DNA of 64,000 nt, from contig DATMAG010000040.1 in assembly GCA_035560235.1 (NCBI GenBank), forward strand, positions 1,461 to 65,460, in the 5' to 3' direction. The position numbers and the translations under genes are program-made. The notes beneath the pieces were generated by a model. It was given only the letters and a program-made list of their open reading frames with translations. It had not been told where the DNA came from and searched no databases. Positions 28,569 to 39,437 of this stretch are shown in pieces. Source of the DNA: Blastocatellia bacterium (GTDB lineage: Bacteria; Acidobacteriota; Blastocatellia; RBC074). Numbering within the stretch: position 1 is the first letter of the stretch; every line of letters begins with the position of its first letter.

Positions 28569-30311
28569 TCAGGTGTCCTTCATTGACTTGCCTGAAATGA
28601 ATCCATTCGGCGTGTAGAGGTCTTCCCATCCGTCGCAGTCGAAATCAATGAAACCGCCGCCCCACGCCCAGCCGCCGCCGAAGCCGCCGACCTCGGCAGT
28701 CACGTCTTTGTACTTGCCATCGCCCAGGTTCTCGAACAGGTTGTTGCCTGCAGCGAGCTTTTTATAGACGTTGTCCTTTACGCCCTGATTCGGGAACAGG
28801 CGCGCCAGAATGCGATTGCCTGCGGTTGATGACATATTGGTTGAATGAATGTCGAGCAGGCCGTCATTGTTGTAATCACCAAACGCCACGCCCATCCCGT
28901 TGCCCGGATCAAGCACGCCGCGTTCTCCGGCTTCGTCGGTGAAATGATCGCCCTTGTTGATGTAAAGCGCCTTTTCACCGAAATCATTGGCGAGATACAA
29001 ATCAGGTTTGTTGTCGCCGTTCACGTCAGCGAAGGCGGCGGCATAGCTCCAGCGCGAATCATCAACGCCCCATTTCTTCGCTTCCTCCTTGAATGTGCCG
29101 TTGCCCTGATTGATGAAGAGCAGATTCGGCGTGCCGTTTGTGGCGCGGAACCACGAATCGGGCACGACCTGACCATATTTGTTGTACGACGCAACGTAAA
29201 TGTCGGGTTTGCCGTCGCCGTTCACATCGGCCACCGCGGCTGAAAAACCAAAGGCCTGCACGGCGACTCCGGCTTCGGGCGAAACATCACGAAAGACTGG
29301 TTTGCCATCGGGAATCAGGCGATTCTCAAGCAGAATCTGATGACCGACGTTAGCGATGAAAATATCGGTGTCGCCATCGTTGTCGTAATCAAATGCCACC
29401 GGCCCCGCGCCGCTTTCGAGCGCTTTGACGCCTGCGGTTTCGGACGCATCGCGGAAGCGGCCCCGGCCATCGTTGAGATAAAGATAGTTGCGATCAGCGG
29501 CGGTGACGAAGAGATCAATGCTGCCGTCGTTATTGAAATCACCCGCCGCTGCGCCGCGCCAGACGAAGCCAGTGTTGCCCGCTTCGCCATACGCCGGAAT
29601 CACCGCGCCCAGGCCCGCCGGTTCACCGACTTCGCTGAAAATGTCAGTCGTTGAAACCAGCGAATTCATCGAGGCAATCGCAAATTCACGAATGAACCAT
29701 TTGCCCGGATGCTGACTCAGGTTGTTCGCAATGCCGCCCGACAATTTGCTGTCCGGGCTGAAAGCAAACACAGTGTCAGCCGTGCCGCGCATCCATTCGC
29801 GCTGTCCTTTGTTATCGCGCCCGATGATGTAAAAGCCAACGGTCGCTTTTGCCACATTGCCGTTGTCTTCAAAGTCTGAGGCGCGCAGCTTGAAGCGCAC
29901 GTCTTCGATTTCGGCAAAGTTTGAGAGAAAGGCATCCCACTGCTTCACGATTTCGGCGCGACCGGTTGACGCAGTCTTCTTCGGCTCAAACTGCCAGCCG
30001 TGTTTCTGCACCCATTTGACTTCGGGCGTCTGAGCTGTCGGTGATGCTGGCAGCGGCGTCGTCATGGCGGGTTCGGCAAAGAATTCAGCGATGCGCCGCG
30101 TGTTGTAATCGCGCACGATGACCGAGAGTTCAAGCAGGCCGTTGGCGATGTCTTCCGAACGGTCTTCGATGTCTTCAAGGTAGCGGCGGTCAACATCGGC
30201 CTTTGGCGCAGGCGGCGTCTGCATCAGCGCGCGGCGCGATGGCGCAATCGTGGCGACTGCGAGCAGCAGCGCCAGGCAGCAAACGATCAGGGGCTTGTTC
30301 ATACGGATCAC
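28569..30311 (-). CDS. N-terminal portion of CRTAC1/ASPIC-like protein: signal peptide, N-terminal domain and approx. 5 FG-GAP/VCBS repeats
   Basis: The signal peptide is MIRMNKPLIVCCLALLLAVA. FG-GAP repeats read DFNNDGSIDLF, FDYDNDGDTDIFIAN, ADVNGDGKPDIYVA, ADVNGDNKPDLYLAN and GDYNNDGLLDI. RBS AAGGAG precedes the ATG. It ends at a TGA in frame with the next ORF. Confidence 0.75.
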   Translation of the reverse strand: MIRMNKPLIVCCLALLLAVATIAPSRRALMQTPPAPKADVDRRYLEDIEDRSEDIANGLLELSVIVRDYNTRRIAEFFAEPAMTTPLPASPTAQTPEVKWVQKHGWQFEPKKTASTGRAEIVKQWDAFLSNFAEIEDVRFKLRASDFEDNGNVAKATVGFYIIGRDNKGQREWMRGTADTVFAFSPDSKLSGGIANNLSQHPGKWFIREFAIASMNSLVSTTDIFSEVGEPAGLGAVIPAYGEAGNTGFVWRGAAAGDFNNDGSIDLFVTAADRNYLYLNDGRGRFRDASETAGVKALESGAGPVAFDYDNDGDTDIFIANVGHQILLENRLIPDGKPVFRDVSPEAGVAVQAFGFSAAVADVNGDGKPDIYVASYNKYGQVVPDSWFRATNGTPNLLFINQGNGTFKEEAKKWGVDDSRWSYAAAFADVNGDNKPDLYLANDFGEKALYINKGDHFTDEAGERGVLDPGNGMGVAFGDYNNDGLLDIHSTNMSSTAGNRILARLFPNQGVKDNVYKKLAAGNNLFENLGDGKYKDVTAEVGGFGGGWAWGGGFIDFDCDGWEDLYTPNGFISGKSMKDT

Positions 30312-30354
30312 TCCTTAAGGATGATGAAGAGAAACAATTGTGACTCCTGCGTGT

Positions 30355-32802
30355 TCAGAAACTGTACTGAAAGAAAATATTCATCCGGTTATCAATACCA
30401 GCGCGCGAGCCTTTGTAATCGGTGCGCCAGCGATAGTAATCAACGCCGATCAGAAAATTTCCGCTCGGCGTGATGCGCTGGCCGAAATAGATCGAGCGGT
30501 TGCGCGTGCGCCCGCCATTCGGAATGTCAGCGTCCAGCGGGTCATCGTCGGTCAGGCCTGGCAGCAGCATCCAGTATTTCGAGATTTTGAAGTTCAGTTC
30601 GGCCCAGCCGCCGCGCGCGCGAATTTCGGCTCCGGTCACGGGATTGATGCCCTGTGCGATGCCGCCGCGAATATCGTTGAGATTGCGGCCCCACCAGCCT
30701 TCGCCGCGCAGCAGCACTCTTTCGGCGAGCGGGACGGTGTAATCGAAGGCGAGCAGCTGGCTGCGAAAATCGGTGCGTCCGTCAAAGGCTCTGGTCGTCC
30801 TTTCCCAGCCGTAAAAACCGCCGAAGCCAATGTCTGCCATCTGATCCTTCACCCACAGAGCGCGTCTGTAACCGACGCGCGTCTGCACATTCGGGCGGCC
30901 CGATTCTTCGCCGTCGCGGTAGCCGTTGTTGTCGAGATCCTGCGCGTCAATCGCGCCGGTCAGGCCGACGGCTCCGGCCAGTGACCACTGCCCCAGGCTG
31001 ATCTTCTGATTCCATTCGGCGCGAATCATCGGGCGGCGGTCGCCGGTGTTGCCCGCGTAACTCATATCGCCGGTCTGATTCGGCGTTGGCAGCAGCGGCG
31101 AAACCAGATCACGATCCTGCCCGGCTTCGAGCGCGAATCGTTCCCAGCTCAGCCGCAGCCACGCGAACCGTTCACGAAAGAGCGGGCGCGATTCGGTGCC
31201 TCCGGCATTGAAATCAATCTCAAATTTGCCCGTCAGCTTCGCGTCACCAAGCGCAGCGATGCGCAGGCCGGTGTAATCAATGCCGAGACGGGTCAGGCGC
31301 GGCGTCAGCGAAAAATTCTCAGCGCCCTTTCGGTTGCCTGCGGCATCGGGCGAAGCGATGAAGAACGGCGACTGCGGATTGCCCGCCGGACGCTGCGAGT
31401 CATACATCAGATCCAGGCGCAGAAAGCCGTAAAGTCTGAAGCGGCTGCCACCGGCTACGACCTCATTCCATTTGACCAGTTCCGGCGCGGCAGCCTGCGG
31501 TGCGGGCGGCGCAGCGACGAGCGCAGGCTCTGCAGTTTCGCGCACAGCCGCTGGCCTCACTCTGACTGCGGGCGGCGCCACGTTCGTCTGAGTCACCGCC
31601 GCTTCCAGCTTTGCATTCATTGCGCGCAGCAGCTCGAGCATCTCGCGGTTCTGCGCTTCGAGTTCGGACACGCGGAGCTTGAGCGAGGCCACTTCATCAT
31701 TCAGATCATTATTCAGATCATTTGAAGGTGAATTGCCCGCCCCGCTCTGACCCTGCCTGCCGTTCAGATCCTGATAGCGAAAGGTTCTGTCAATGGCGGT
31801 GTGCGTGCGGCCATCAACTTCGGCGTAAGGATAGATGAAGTAATTGATCGGCTCGGCTGACTGTTTCGGCACGAGGGTCAGATCGCGCCCGCGCGTGAAT
31901 TCAACCCGGTTTTCGTCGTGCGCGCCGAAAAAGTATTCGCGCCGCGACGGGTCTTTCGCGGCTTCGGAAGCATCCACCGGAATCCAGCCGATGCCTTTGA
32001 TGAAACACTCGGCCCAGCAGTGATAGCCGCTGATCTGCCCTTCGCCGCGTTCGCGCGGGAGCGGAAAGCCGATGGAAAACCGCGCCGGAATGCCGAGCGC
32101 GCGGCAGTAGCCGATGAAGATTGCGTGAAAGTCAGTGCAGTTGCCGCGCCGCGCATCGCAGGCGTAATAGATATCGCCGCGTCCCCAGCCCTGTCCGCTC
32201 TTGTCATACTTCACTGTGGCGACGACGTGGTTGTAGATCGCGCGCGCCTTTTCAAGATCGGTCTTCGCTCCGGCCTGCGCGACGACTTCGCGCGCCCACG
32301 CTCTGATCTTGTCATCGAGCGGAACGAGCCGGTCAGGCTGCAGCCAGCGCGCCATGTCAGGATCGGACACCTCCTCTTTTTTCGCGGCAGCGGCGCCGTC
32401 GCCGTCAAGCAGCGCTGTGTTCAGATGCTCATAACGCACGGCGGTAAAGCGCACCGTGACTGTGAAGGCTGACCGTTTCGGCTCACTGACGATCAGGTGC
32501 AGAATCCGGTTGCCATACTGCGCCGCCTGGATTTTGTATGGGTACGGTGAATCAATCGTCAGCGCGGTGATCTTCTGGTACGGATCGTTGTGCGGAACAG
32601 GCAGCCACAGATCAAGCTTTCCGGCACCGGCTGGAATGTCGCGTACTGTGGCTGAATATTCGAAGGAAAAGACTCGTTCGCGCAGAGTCTGAGCCTGAGC
32701 AGCAGCCCCGGTGATCAGGAAGGCAGCCATCACGCAGCTCAGACCGGCCAGACAACGCAGAAAAGTTGCAAAAGTGAAGTCCGGGGTCAGGTTCTTGTGC
32801 AT
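30355..32802 (-). CDS. Fusion protein: signal peptide - transglutaminase-like cysteine-protease-fold domain - coiled coil - Pro/Ala linker - C-terminal outer-membrane beta-barrel (DcaP-like architecture)
   Basis: The transglutaminase core reads RGNCTDFHAIFIGYCRALGIPARF (Cys), GYHCWAECF (His) and WIPVDAS (Asp). The coiled coil is VASLKLRVSELEAQNREMLELLRAMNAKLEAA. The C-terminal roughly 400 aa has alternating hydrophobic beta-strand patterns and ends ...MNIFFQYSF, with a terminal aromatic residue typical of OMP beta-barrels. Confidence 0.7.
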   Translation of the reverse strand: MHKNLTPDFTFATFLRCLAGLSCVMAAFLITGAAAQAQTLRERVFSFEYSATVRDIPAGAGKLDLWLPVPHNDPYQKITALTIDSPYPYKIQAAQYGNRILHLIVSEPKRSAFTVTVRFTAVRYEHLNTALLDGDGAAAAKKEEVSDPDMARWLQPDRLVPLDDKIRAWAREVVAQAGAKTDLEKARAIYNHVVATVKYDKSGQGWGRGDIYYACDARRGNCTDFHAIFIGYCRALGIPARFSIGFPLPRERGEGQISGYHCWAECFIKGIGWIPVDASEAAKDPSRREYFFGAHDENRVEFTRGRDLTLVPKQSAEPINYFIYPYAEVDGRTHTAIDRTFRYQDLNGRQGQSGAGNSPSNDLNNDLNDEVASLKLRVSELEAQNREMLELLRAMNAKLEAAVTQTNVAPPAVRVRPAAVRETAEPALVAAPPAPQAAAPELVKWNEVVAGGSRFRLYGFLRLDLMYDSQRPAGNPQSPFFIASPDAAGNRKGAENFSLTPRLTRLGIDYTGLRIAALGDAKLTGKFEIDFNAGGTESRPLFRERFAWLRLSWERFALEAGQDRDLVSPLLPTPNQTGDMSYAGNTGDRRPMIRAEWNQKISLGQWSLAGAVGLTGAIDAQDLDNNGYRDGEESGRPNVQTRVGYRRALWVKDQMADIGFGGFYGWERTTRAFDGRTDFRSQLLAFDYTVPLAERVLLRGEGWWGRNLNDIRGGIAQGINPVTGAEIRARGGWAELNFKISKYWMLLPGLTDDDPLDADIPNGGRTRNRSIYFGQRITPSGNFLIGVDYYRWRTDYKGSRAGIDNRMNIFFQYSF

Positions 32803-33154
32803 TGTGATCTTTACCGTGATGGTTCACAGCTGCACCTGCACTGCCGCGAGGATGGCTGATAAGGATGCGCTGCGAACGGTCTGTCAGGTGTCCGGAACAA
32901 TTCCGGCCCATCAGCCCGGAATGCGGGCGAACTCAGCAGCCTGTTGTGCCGAAGCAGAGCGCCATAGTAAGGTTGGCACAGCAGCAGCGTCAAACATCGG
33001 CCGCTGGTCAAAGCCGCGTGCAGAAATGATGTGACTGCCGTCACACCCGTGATGGCACGGCAGCGGCAGCGCTTTGACCGGACAAACCTTCCTGGTATAC
33101 TTCGGCCTGGCCGATCTGATTTTCTCAGGCACACATTTTTACGGAGCAATCGCA

Positions 33155-35017
<1,863 letters not shown>

Positions 35018-35082
35018 GAAAGTGGTCAGTGGCTGGTGGTTAGTGGTCAGCAGTTGATCACAGCGGACAATGGATAATTGTT

Positions 35083-36132
35083 ATGAGTGAAAACGGACAA
35101 ACAACCAACGGCGCGGTCAAGCTCACGCGCAAGGATTTTGCGACCGATCAGGAAGTGCGCTGGTGTCCCGGCTGCGGTGATTATTCGATTCTGGCGCAGG
35201 TGCAGAAGGTCATGCCGGAACTTGGTCTGTCGAAAGAAAAGATCGTCTTTATTTCCGGCATCGGCTGTTCAAGCCGCTTTCCGTATTACATGAACACCTA
35301 TGGATTTCACACGATTCACGGGCGCGCTCCAGCGCTGGCGACGGGTGTGAAGGCCGCGAATCCTGAACTTCAGGTGTGGGTCGTGACGGGCGACGGTGAT
35401 GCGCTCTCAATCGGCGGCAATCATTTTATACATGCCCTGCGGCGCAACATTGATCTGAAGGTGATTCTCTTCAACAACCGTATTTACGGGCTGACGAAGG
35501 GGCAGTATTCACCGACCTCGGAGTTCGGCAAGATCAACAAGAGCGCGCCGATGGGCGTGATTGATCATCCGATCAATCCGCTCAGCCTGGCATTCGCTTC
35601 CGAAGCGACACTGGTCGCGCGTTCGATGGACGTGCATCCGCAGCACCTGTCGTCGGTCATTGACCGCGTGGCGAAGCACAAAGGCTCAGCCTTCGTTGAG
35701 GTCTATCAGAACTGCAACATCTTCAACGATGGCGCTTTCAAGGGCTTTACCGAACGCGAGGTGCGTGACGACCGGATGATCTTTCTCGAACACGGCAAGC
35801 CGCTCGTTTTCGGCAAGCAGAAAAACAAGGGCATTCGCCTGAACGGGCTGCGGCCTGAAATTGTGACGATTGGCGAAGACGGCGTGACGGTTGATGACCT
35901 GCTCGTTCACGACGAACACGCCAGCGATCCGACCCTGGCTTATGTGCTTGGCCGCATGGAATATCCTGAATTCCCGGTGCCGATGGGCGTGTTTCGCGCC
36001 ATCGAGCGACCGACTTATGAAGTTCTGATGCAGCAGCAGATTGATCGCGCCATCAGCGCCAAAGGCCCCGGCAGCCTCGAAAAATTACTCAACAGCGGTG
36101 AGACCTGGGTCATCGGGCCGGATGGCGAATAG
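35083..36132 (+). CDS. korB: 2-oxoglutarate/2-oxoacid:ferredoxin oxidoreductase beta subunit (KorB, TPP-binding)
   Basis: The TPP-binding region reads WCPGCGDYSIL...GIGCSSRFPYY...VVTGDGDALSIGGNHFIH. Confidence 0.9.
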   Translation: MSENGQTTNGAVKLTRKDFATDQEVRWCPGCGDYSILAQVQKVMPELGLSKEKIVFISGIGCSSRFPYYMNTYGFHTIHGRAPALATGVKAANPELQVWVVTGDGDALSIGGNHFIHALRRNIDLKVILFNNRIYGLTKGQYSPTSEFGKINKSAPMGVIDHPINPLSLAFASEATLVARSMDVHPQHLSSVIDRVAKHKGSAFVEVYQNCNIFNDGAFKGFTEREVRDDRMIFLEHGKPLVFGKQKNKGIRLNGLRPEIVTIGEDGVTVDDLLVHDEHASDPTLAYVLGRMEYPEFPVPMGVFRAIERPTYEVLMQQQIDRAISAKGPGSLEKLLNSGETWVIGPDGE

Positions 36133-36175
36133 TCCTCATCTTCCGCTGGCTGATTAAGGTGGTGGTGAGAAAAAG

Positions 36176-36203
36176 GCAGCCTGACCGGATGTCATCAGGC
36201 TGC
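36176..36203 (+). terminator. Hairpin after korB (9-bp stem gcagcctga/tcaggctgc), no T-tract
   Basis: A perfect inverted repeat lies 45 nt after the korB stop. Confidence 0.35.
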
Positions 36204-36310
36204 GCCCTGTAGTCCTTCAGAAACAACTGTCCCCGAATTTCCATATAGTTCTGACTTCATATTGCACTTCTACTATTCGTCTGTTCATCGCAACAGAAGG
36301 GGGCAATTAT

Positions 36311-37672
36311 ATGAAGGACGCGGAAGGACGCAGCGGGCACCTCGTAGCGATTATCGGCGCAGGCCCGGCAGGCATTTACGGCGCGCGCAAACTCGCCGAA
36401 GCCGGTCACGAAATCGTCATCATCAATCGCGACCTCAAACCGGGCGGGCTGGCCGAATACGGCATTTACTGGAACAAGCACCGGATGAAGGAAGGCATCC
36501 GGCAGCAGTTCCGCAAAATCCTCGCTGACCCGCGAGTGCATTATCTGGGTCACATTCGCGTGGGCGAACAGGCTGATCTGACGCTCAGTGAACTGCGCGA
36601 AATTCTCTCCCCTTCAGCCATCGTCGTCGCCGCCGGCGCACAGGGCACCAAATCACTCGGACTGCCTGGCGAAACCGCGCGCGGCGTCTGTCACGCCAAG
36701 GATCTGGTCTACCATTACAACGCACTCCCGCCTTTCTCACAGCAGGAATTTCATCTTGGTGATCGCGTCGCCATTGTCGGCATCGGCAATGTGATGGTGG
36801 ACATCGCTCATTTTCTGGTGCACGACAAAAAGGTGGCCGAAGTGATTGCGGTAGCGCGGCGCGGCCCGTCGCAGCGCGCTTACACCGATCACGAAATGGA
36901 GGCCATCGCTGCCAACATTGATCAGGCTGATCTGCGGCAGGAACTCGAACGCATTCGCTCGCGCATCGAACCGTGCGGCGATGATGTCGAAGCCGTCTTT
37001 CAGGCGCTGATGAAACCGTTCAAGGGGCCGTCGAAGGAAGGCGAGAGTCCGACGAAGGTCAAATTCCGTTTTCTCTCTTCACCGGTCGAAATCATTCAGG
37101 ACGAGGAGGGCCGCACCTGTGCGCTGCGGGTTGAGGACACCGAACTCGTGCCGAAGGGTGATGATTTTTCCGCACGCGGACTGGGGACTTTTACTGATCT
37201 GGCCGTTGACACGGTGATTTTCGCCGTTGGCGACAGCGTGGATGAAACGCTCGGCCTGCCACGCGGCAAGGGCGGTTATGCCACCTGCCCGGTGCCTGAC
37301 GCTGAAAATCCTGGTGATGAGGCATACAGGGTTTACAACCCGCAGACCTGTGCTGTGATTCCGGGCCTCTTCGTCATCGGCTGGTCGCGGCAGGCTTCAG
37401 ACGGGCTGGTCGGCAAGGCGCGTCAGGACGGGGAACGCGGCATGCAGGTGGTCAATCGCTATCTCAGCCAGGCCGCTCCGGGTTCGGCTGAAGACGCCGC
37501 AGCAAAGATCGCCAGGCTGCGCGCCCTTTTGCAGGAGCGCGGCATCCGCACTGCCGATTATGCCGACGTGCAGCGCCTGGAAGCAGCCGAACGCGAACAG
37601 GCACAGCAGCGCGGGCTGGAGTTTTTCAGGTTTGCAAGTGACGAGGAGATGTTTGCACAATTATCGCAGTAG
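36311..37672 (+). CDS. fprA: FprA-type NADPH:ferredoxin/adrenodoxin reductase (FAD-dependent pyridine nucleotide oxidoreductase)
   Basis: A GxGxxG fold, VAIIGAGPAGIYGARKL, is present. Blocks PRVHYLGHIRVGEQADLTLSEL...AAGAQGTKSLGLPGE, VAIVGIGNVMVDIAHFL and KVKFRFLSSPVEI are collinear with mycobacterial FprA. RBS GAAGGGGG precedes the ATG. Confidence 0.8.
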   Translation: MKDAEGRSGHLVAIIGAGPAGIYGARKLAEAGHEIVIINRDLKPGGLAEYGIYWNKHRMKEGIRQQFRKILADPRVHYLGHIRVGEQADLTLSELREILSPSAIVVAAGAQGTKSLGLPGETARGVCHAKDLVYHYNALPPFSQQEFHLGDRVAIVGIGNVMVDIAHFLVHDKKVAEVIAVARRGPSQRAYTDHEMEAIAANIDQADLRQELERIRSRIEPCGDDVEAVFQALMKPFKGPSKEGESPTKVKFRFLSSPVEIIQDEEGRTCALRVEDTELVPKGDDFSARGLGTFTDLAVDTVIFAVGDSVDETLGLPRGKGGYATCPVPDAENPGDEAYRVYNPQTCAVIPGLFVIGWSRQASDGLVGKARQDGERGMQVVNRYLSQAAPGSAEDAAAKIARLRALLQERGIRTADYADVQRLEAAEREQAQQRGLEFFRFASDEEMFAQLSQ

Positions 37673-37717
37673 GTGTTTCCGCCGTTTCGCTGGTGTATTC
37701 AGACAGGATGAAAAGAG

Positions 37718-37795
37718 AGTACGGAACAAACGGAAAGAACGGAGCAGACGGAAAGGCAGCGATGGTTTCGTCTGTTCCGTTCTTTCCGTTTATCT
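37718..37795. repeat. Palindromic intergenic repeat element, copy B (near-perfect approx. 25-bp stem, 16-nt loop) after fprA
   Basis: The left arm is caaacggaaagaacggagcagacgg and the right arm tcgtctgttccgttctttccgtttat. It shares acggaacaaacggaaagaac and ggtttcgtctgtt with copy A at 17209-17292. Confidence 0.55.
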
Positions 37796-37814
37796 CATCC
37801 GCCGAACAGAACCG

Positions 37815-37846
37815 GAACTGCCCGATCACGCGGCAGTTCTTTTTTC
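37815..37846 (+). terminator. Rho-independent terminator (stem gaactgcc/ggcagttc + TTTTTT) downstream of fprA
   Basis: An 8-bp GC-containing stem with a 9-nt loop is followed by a run of six to seven T. Confidence 0.6.
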
Positions 37847-37908
37847 AACCCGCAGCCATTATACCGGCTGCCACTTCGCGACTCTGAAAGGTCGCTTGAT
37901 AAGACCTT

Positions 37909-39045
37909 ATGCAAATCACAGTACTCAGGGAAACCGAACCCGGTGAATCACGCGTTGCGCTGGTTCCTGAATCAGTCAGGAAGCTGGTCGGGATGAAGGC
38001 TGCTGTGGCAGTCGAAAGCGGCGCGGGCGCAAATGCAGGCGCGAGCGATGCTGATTACGAAGCGGCGGGCGCGAAGATTTCAAATGATCGCGGCGCGCTG
38101 CTTGAAGCAGCCGATGTGCTGGTCTGCGTCAATCGTCCACCCGCCCCAGAGATTGCCCGGCTGAAAAAAGGCGCGATTGTCATTGGTTTTCTGCGCCCGC
38201 TGGATGAGCCGGAAGCGCTCAGGCCGATGATCGAACGCGGCGTGACGGCCTTTGCCGTCGAACTGATTCCGCGCAGCACGCGGGCGCAGGCGATGGACGC
38301 GCTTTCGTCAATGGCCACGATTGTCGGTTACAAGGCAGTGCTGATGGCGGCTGAACATGTGCCGCGCATGTTCCCGATGCTGACGACAGCGGCGGGCACA
38401 GTGCCTCCGGCGAAAGTGCTGGTGCTCGGCGCGGGCGTGGCCGGATTGCAGGCCATTGCGACGGCGCGACGCCTGGGCGCGGTGGTCGAGGGCTTCGACA
38501 TTCGCGCTGCCGCAGGCGAAGCCGTGCGCTCGCTCGGCGCAAAGTTTCTTGAAGTTGATCTGGCGGGACTGCAAACCGAAGACGCGGGCGGTTATGCCAA
38601 AGAGGTCAGTGAAGAAGTCATGCAGCGCAGCCGCGAACTGATCGCCAGAGCGGCGCGACAGACCGACTGCATCATTACTTCAGCCGCAGTGCCCGGTAAA
38701 CGCGCGCCGATCCTGATTACCGAAGAAGCCGTCAATGGCATGAAGCGCGGCTCAGTCATCGTTGATCTGGCCGGGCCGACCGGCGGCAACTGCGCCGTCA
38801 GCGAGCCGGGCAGGACCATCGAGAAAAATGGCGTGACGGTAATGTGTCCGCTCAATCTGGCGGCCACCGTGCCGGTGCATGCCAGCCAGCTTTATTCGCG
38901 CAACATCACGACGTTTCTCAGCGAAATGATTAAGGACGGCGCGCTCAGCGTTGATCTGAACAACGATGTGGTCGGGCCGAGTTGCGCGGTTCACGGCGGC
39001 GAAGCGAAGCACCCGCGCATTCAGGCGGCCTTTGCCGCAGGCTGA
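37909..39045 (+). CDS. pntAA: NAD(P) transhydrogenase subunit alpha part 1 (PntAA, dI domain)
   Basis: MQITVLRETEPGESRVALVPESVRKL belongs to the AlaDH/PNT family and contains a Rossmann GAGVAG motif. Confidence 0.9.
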   Translation: MQITVLRETEPGESRVALVPESVRKLVGMKAAVAVESGAGANAGASDADYEAAGAKISNDRGALLEAADVLVCVNRPPAPEIARLKKGAIVIGFLRPLDEPEALRPMIERGVTAFAVELIPRSTRAQAMDALSSMATIVGYKAVLMAAEHVPRMFPMLTTAAGTVPPAKVLVLGAGVAGLQAIATARRLGAVVEGFDIRAAAGEAVRSLGAKFLEVDLAGLQTEDAGGYAKEVSEEVMQRSRELIARAARQTDCIITSAAVPGKRAPILITEEAVNGMKRGSVIVDLAGPTGGNCAVSEPGRTIEKNGVTVMCPLNLAATVPVHASQLYSRNITTFLSEMIKDGALSVDLNNDVVGPSCAVHGGEAKHPRIQAAFAAG

Positions 39046-39125
39046 AGCGCAGTCTGTTCTGCTTTTTCAGCTAACCGGAGCTGTTGCCTGTTCGGGCGCA
39101 GCAGATAACCAGAAGGAGCTTCATC

Positions 39126-39437
39126 GTGAGTGCAGAGATTCTGATTGCATCATTATACGTGTTCGCACTGGCTGCATTTCTGGGCTATCAGGTGATTTCG
39201 CGCGTGCCGCCCCTGCTGCACACGCCGCTGATGTCAGCGACCAACGCCATCTCGGCCATTTCGGTCGTCGGCGCAATCGTGACTGCTGGCGCAGAGTACA
39301 ACAATGTGAGCCGAATCCTTGGTTTCATTGCGGTCGTCTCGGCCATGATCAACGTGGTCGGCGGTTTTATGATTACTGACCGCATGCTGAAGATGTTCAA
39401 GGACAAGATTGGCGGCGGGAAGGAGGAGAAGCACTAA
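39126..39437 (+). CDS. pntAB: NAD(P) transhydrogenase subunit alpha part 2 (PntAB, membrane)
   Basis: A small 3-TM protein reads LHTPLMSATNAISAISVVGAIV. The GTG start at 39126 has RBS GAAGGAG. Its stop overlaps the pntB start. Confidence 0.85.
   Translation: MSAEILIASLYVFALAAFLGYQVISRVPPLLHTPLMSATNAISAISVVGAIVTAGAEYNNVSRILGFIAVVSAMINVVGGFMITDRMLKMFKDKIGGGKEEKH

Noticed and set aside
28569-28571. In-frame TGA as selenocysteine codon
   Set aside because: The TGA lies in an inter-repeat linker rather than at the redox CxxC site, which is encoded normally as WCVPC. I could not see a SECIS-like stem-loop. It is kept as an open question in the findings rather than called as Sec.
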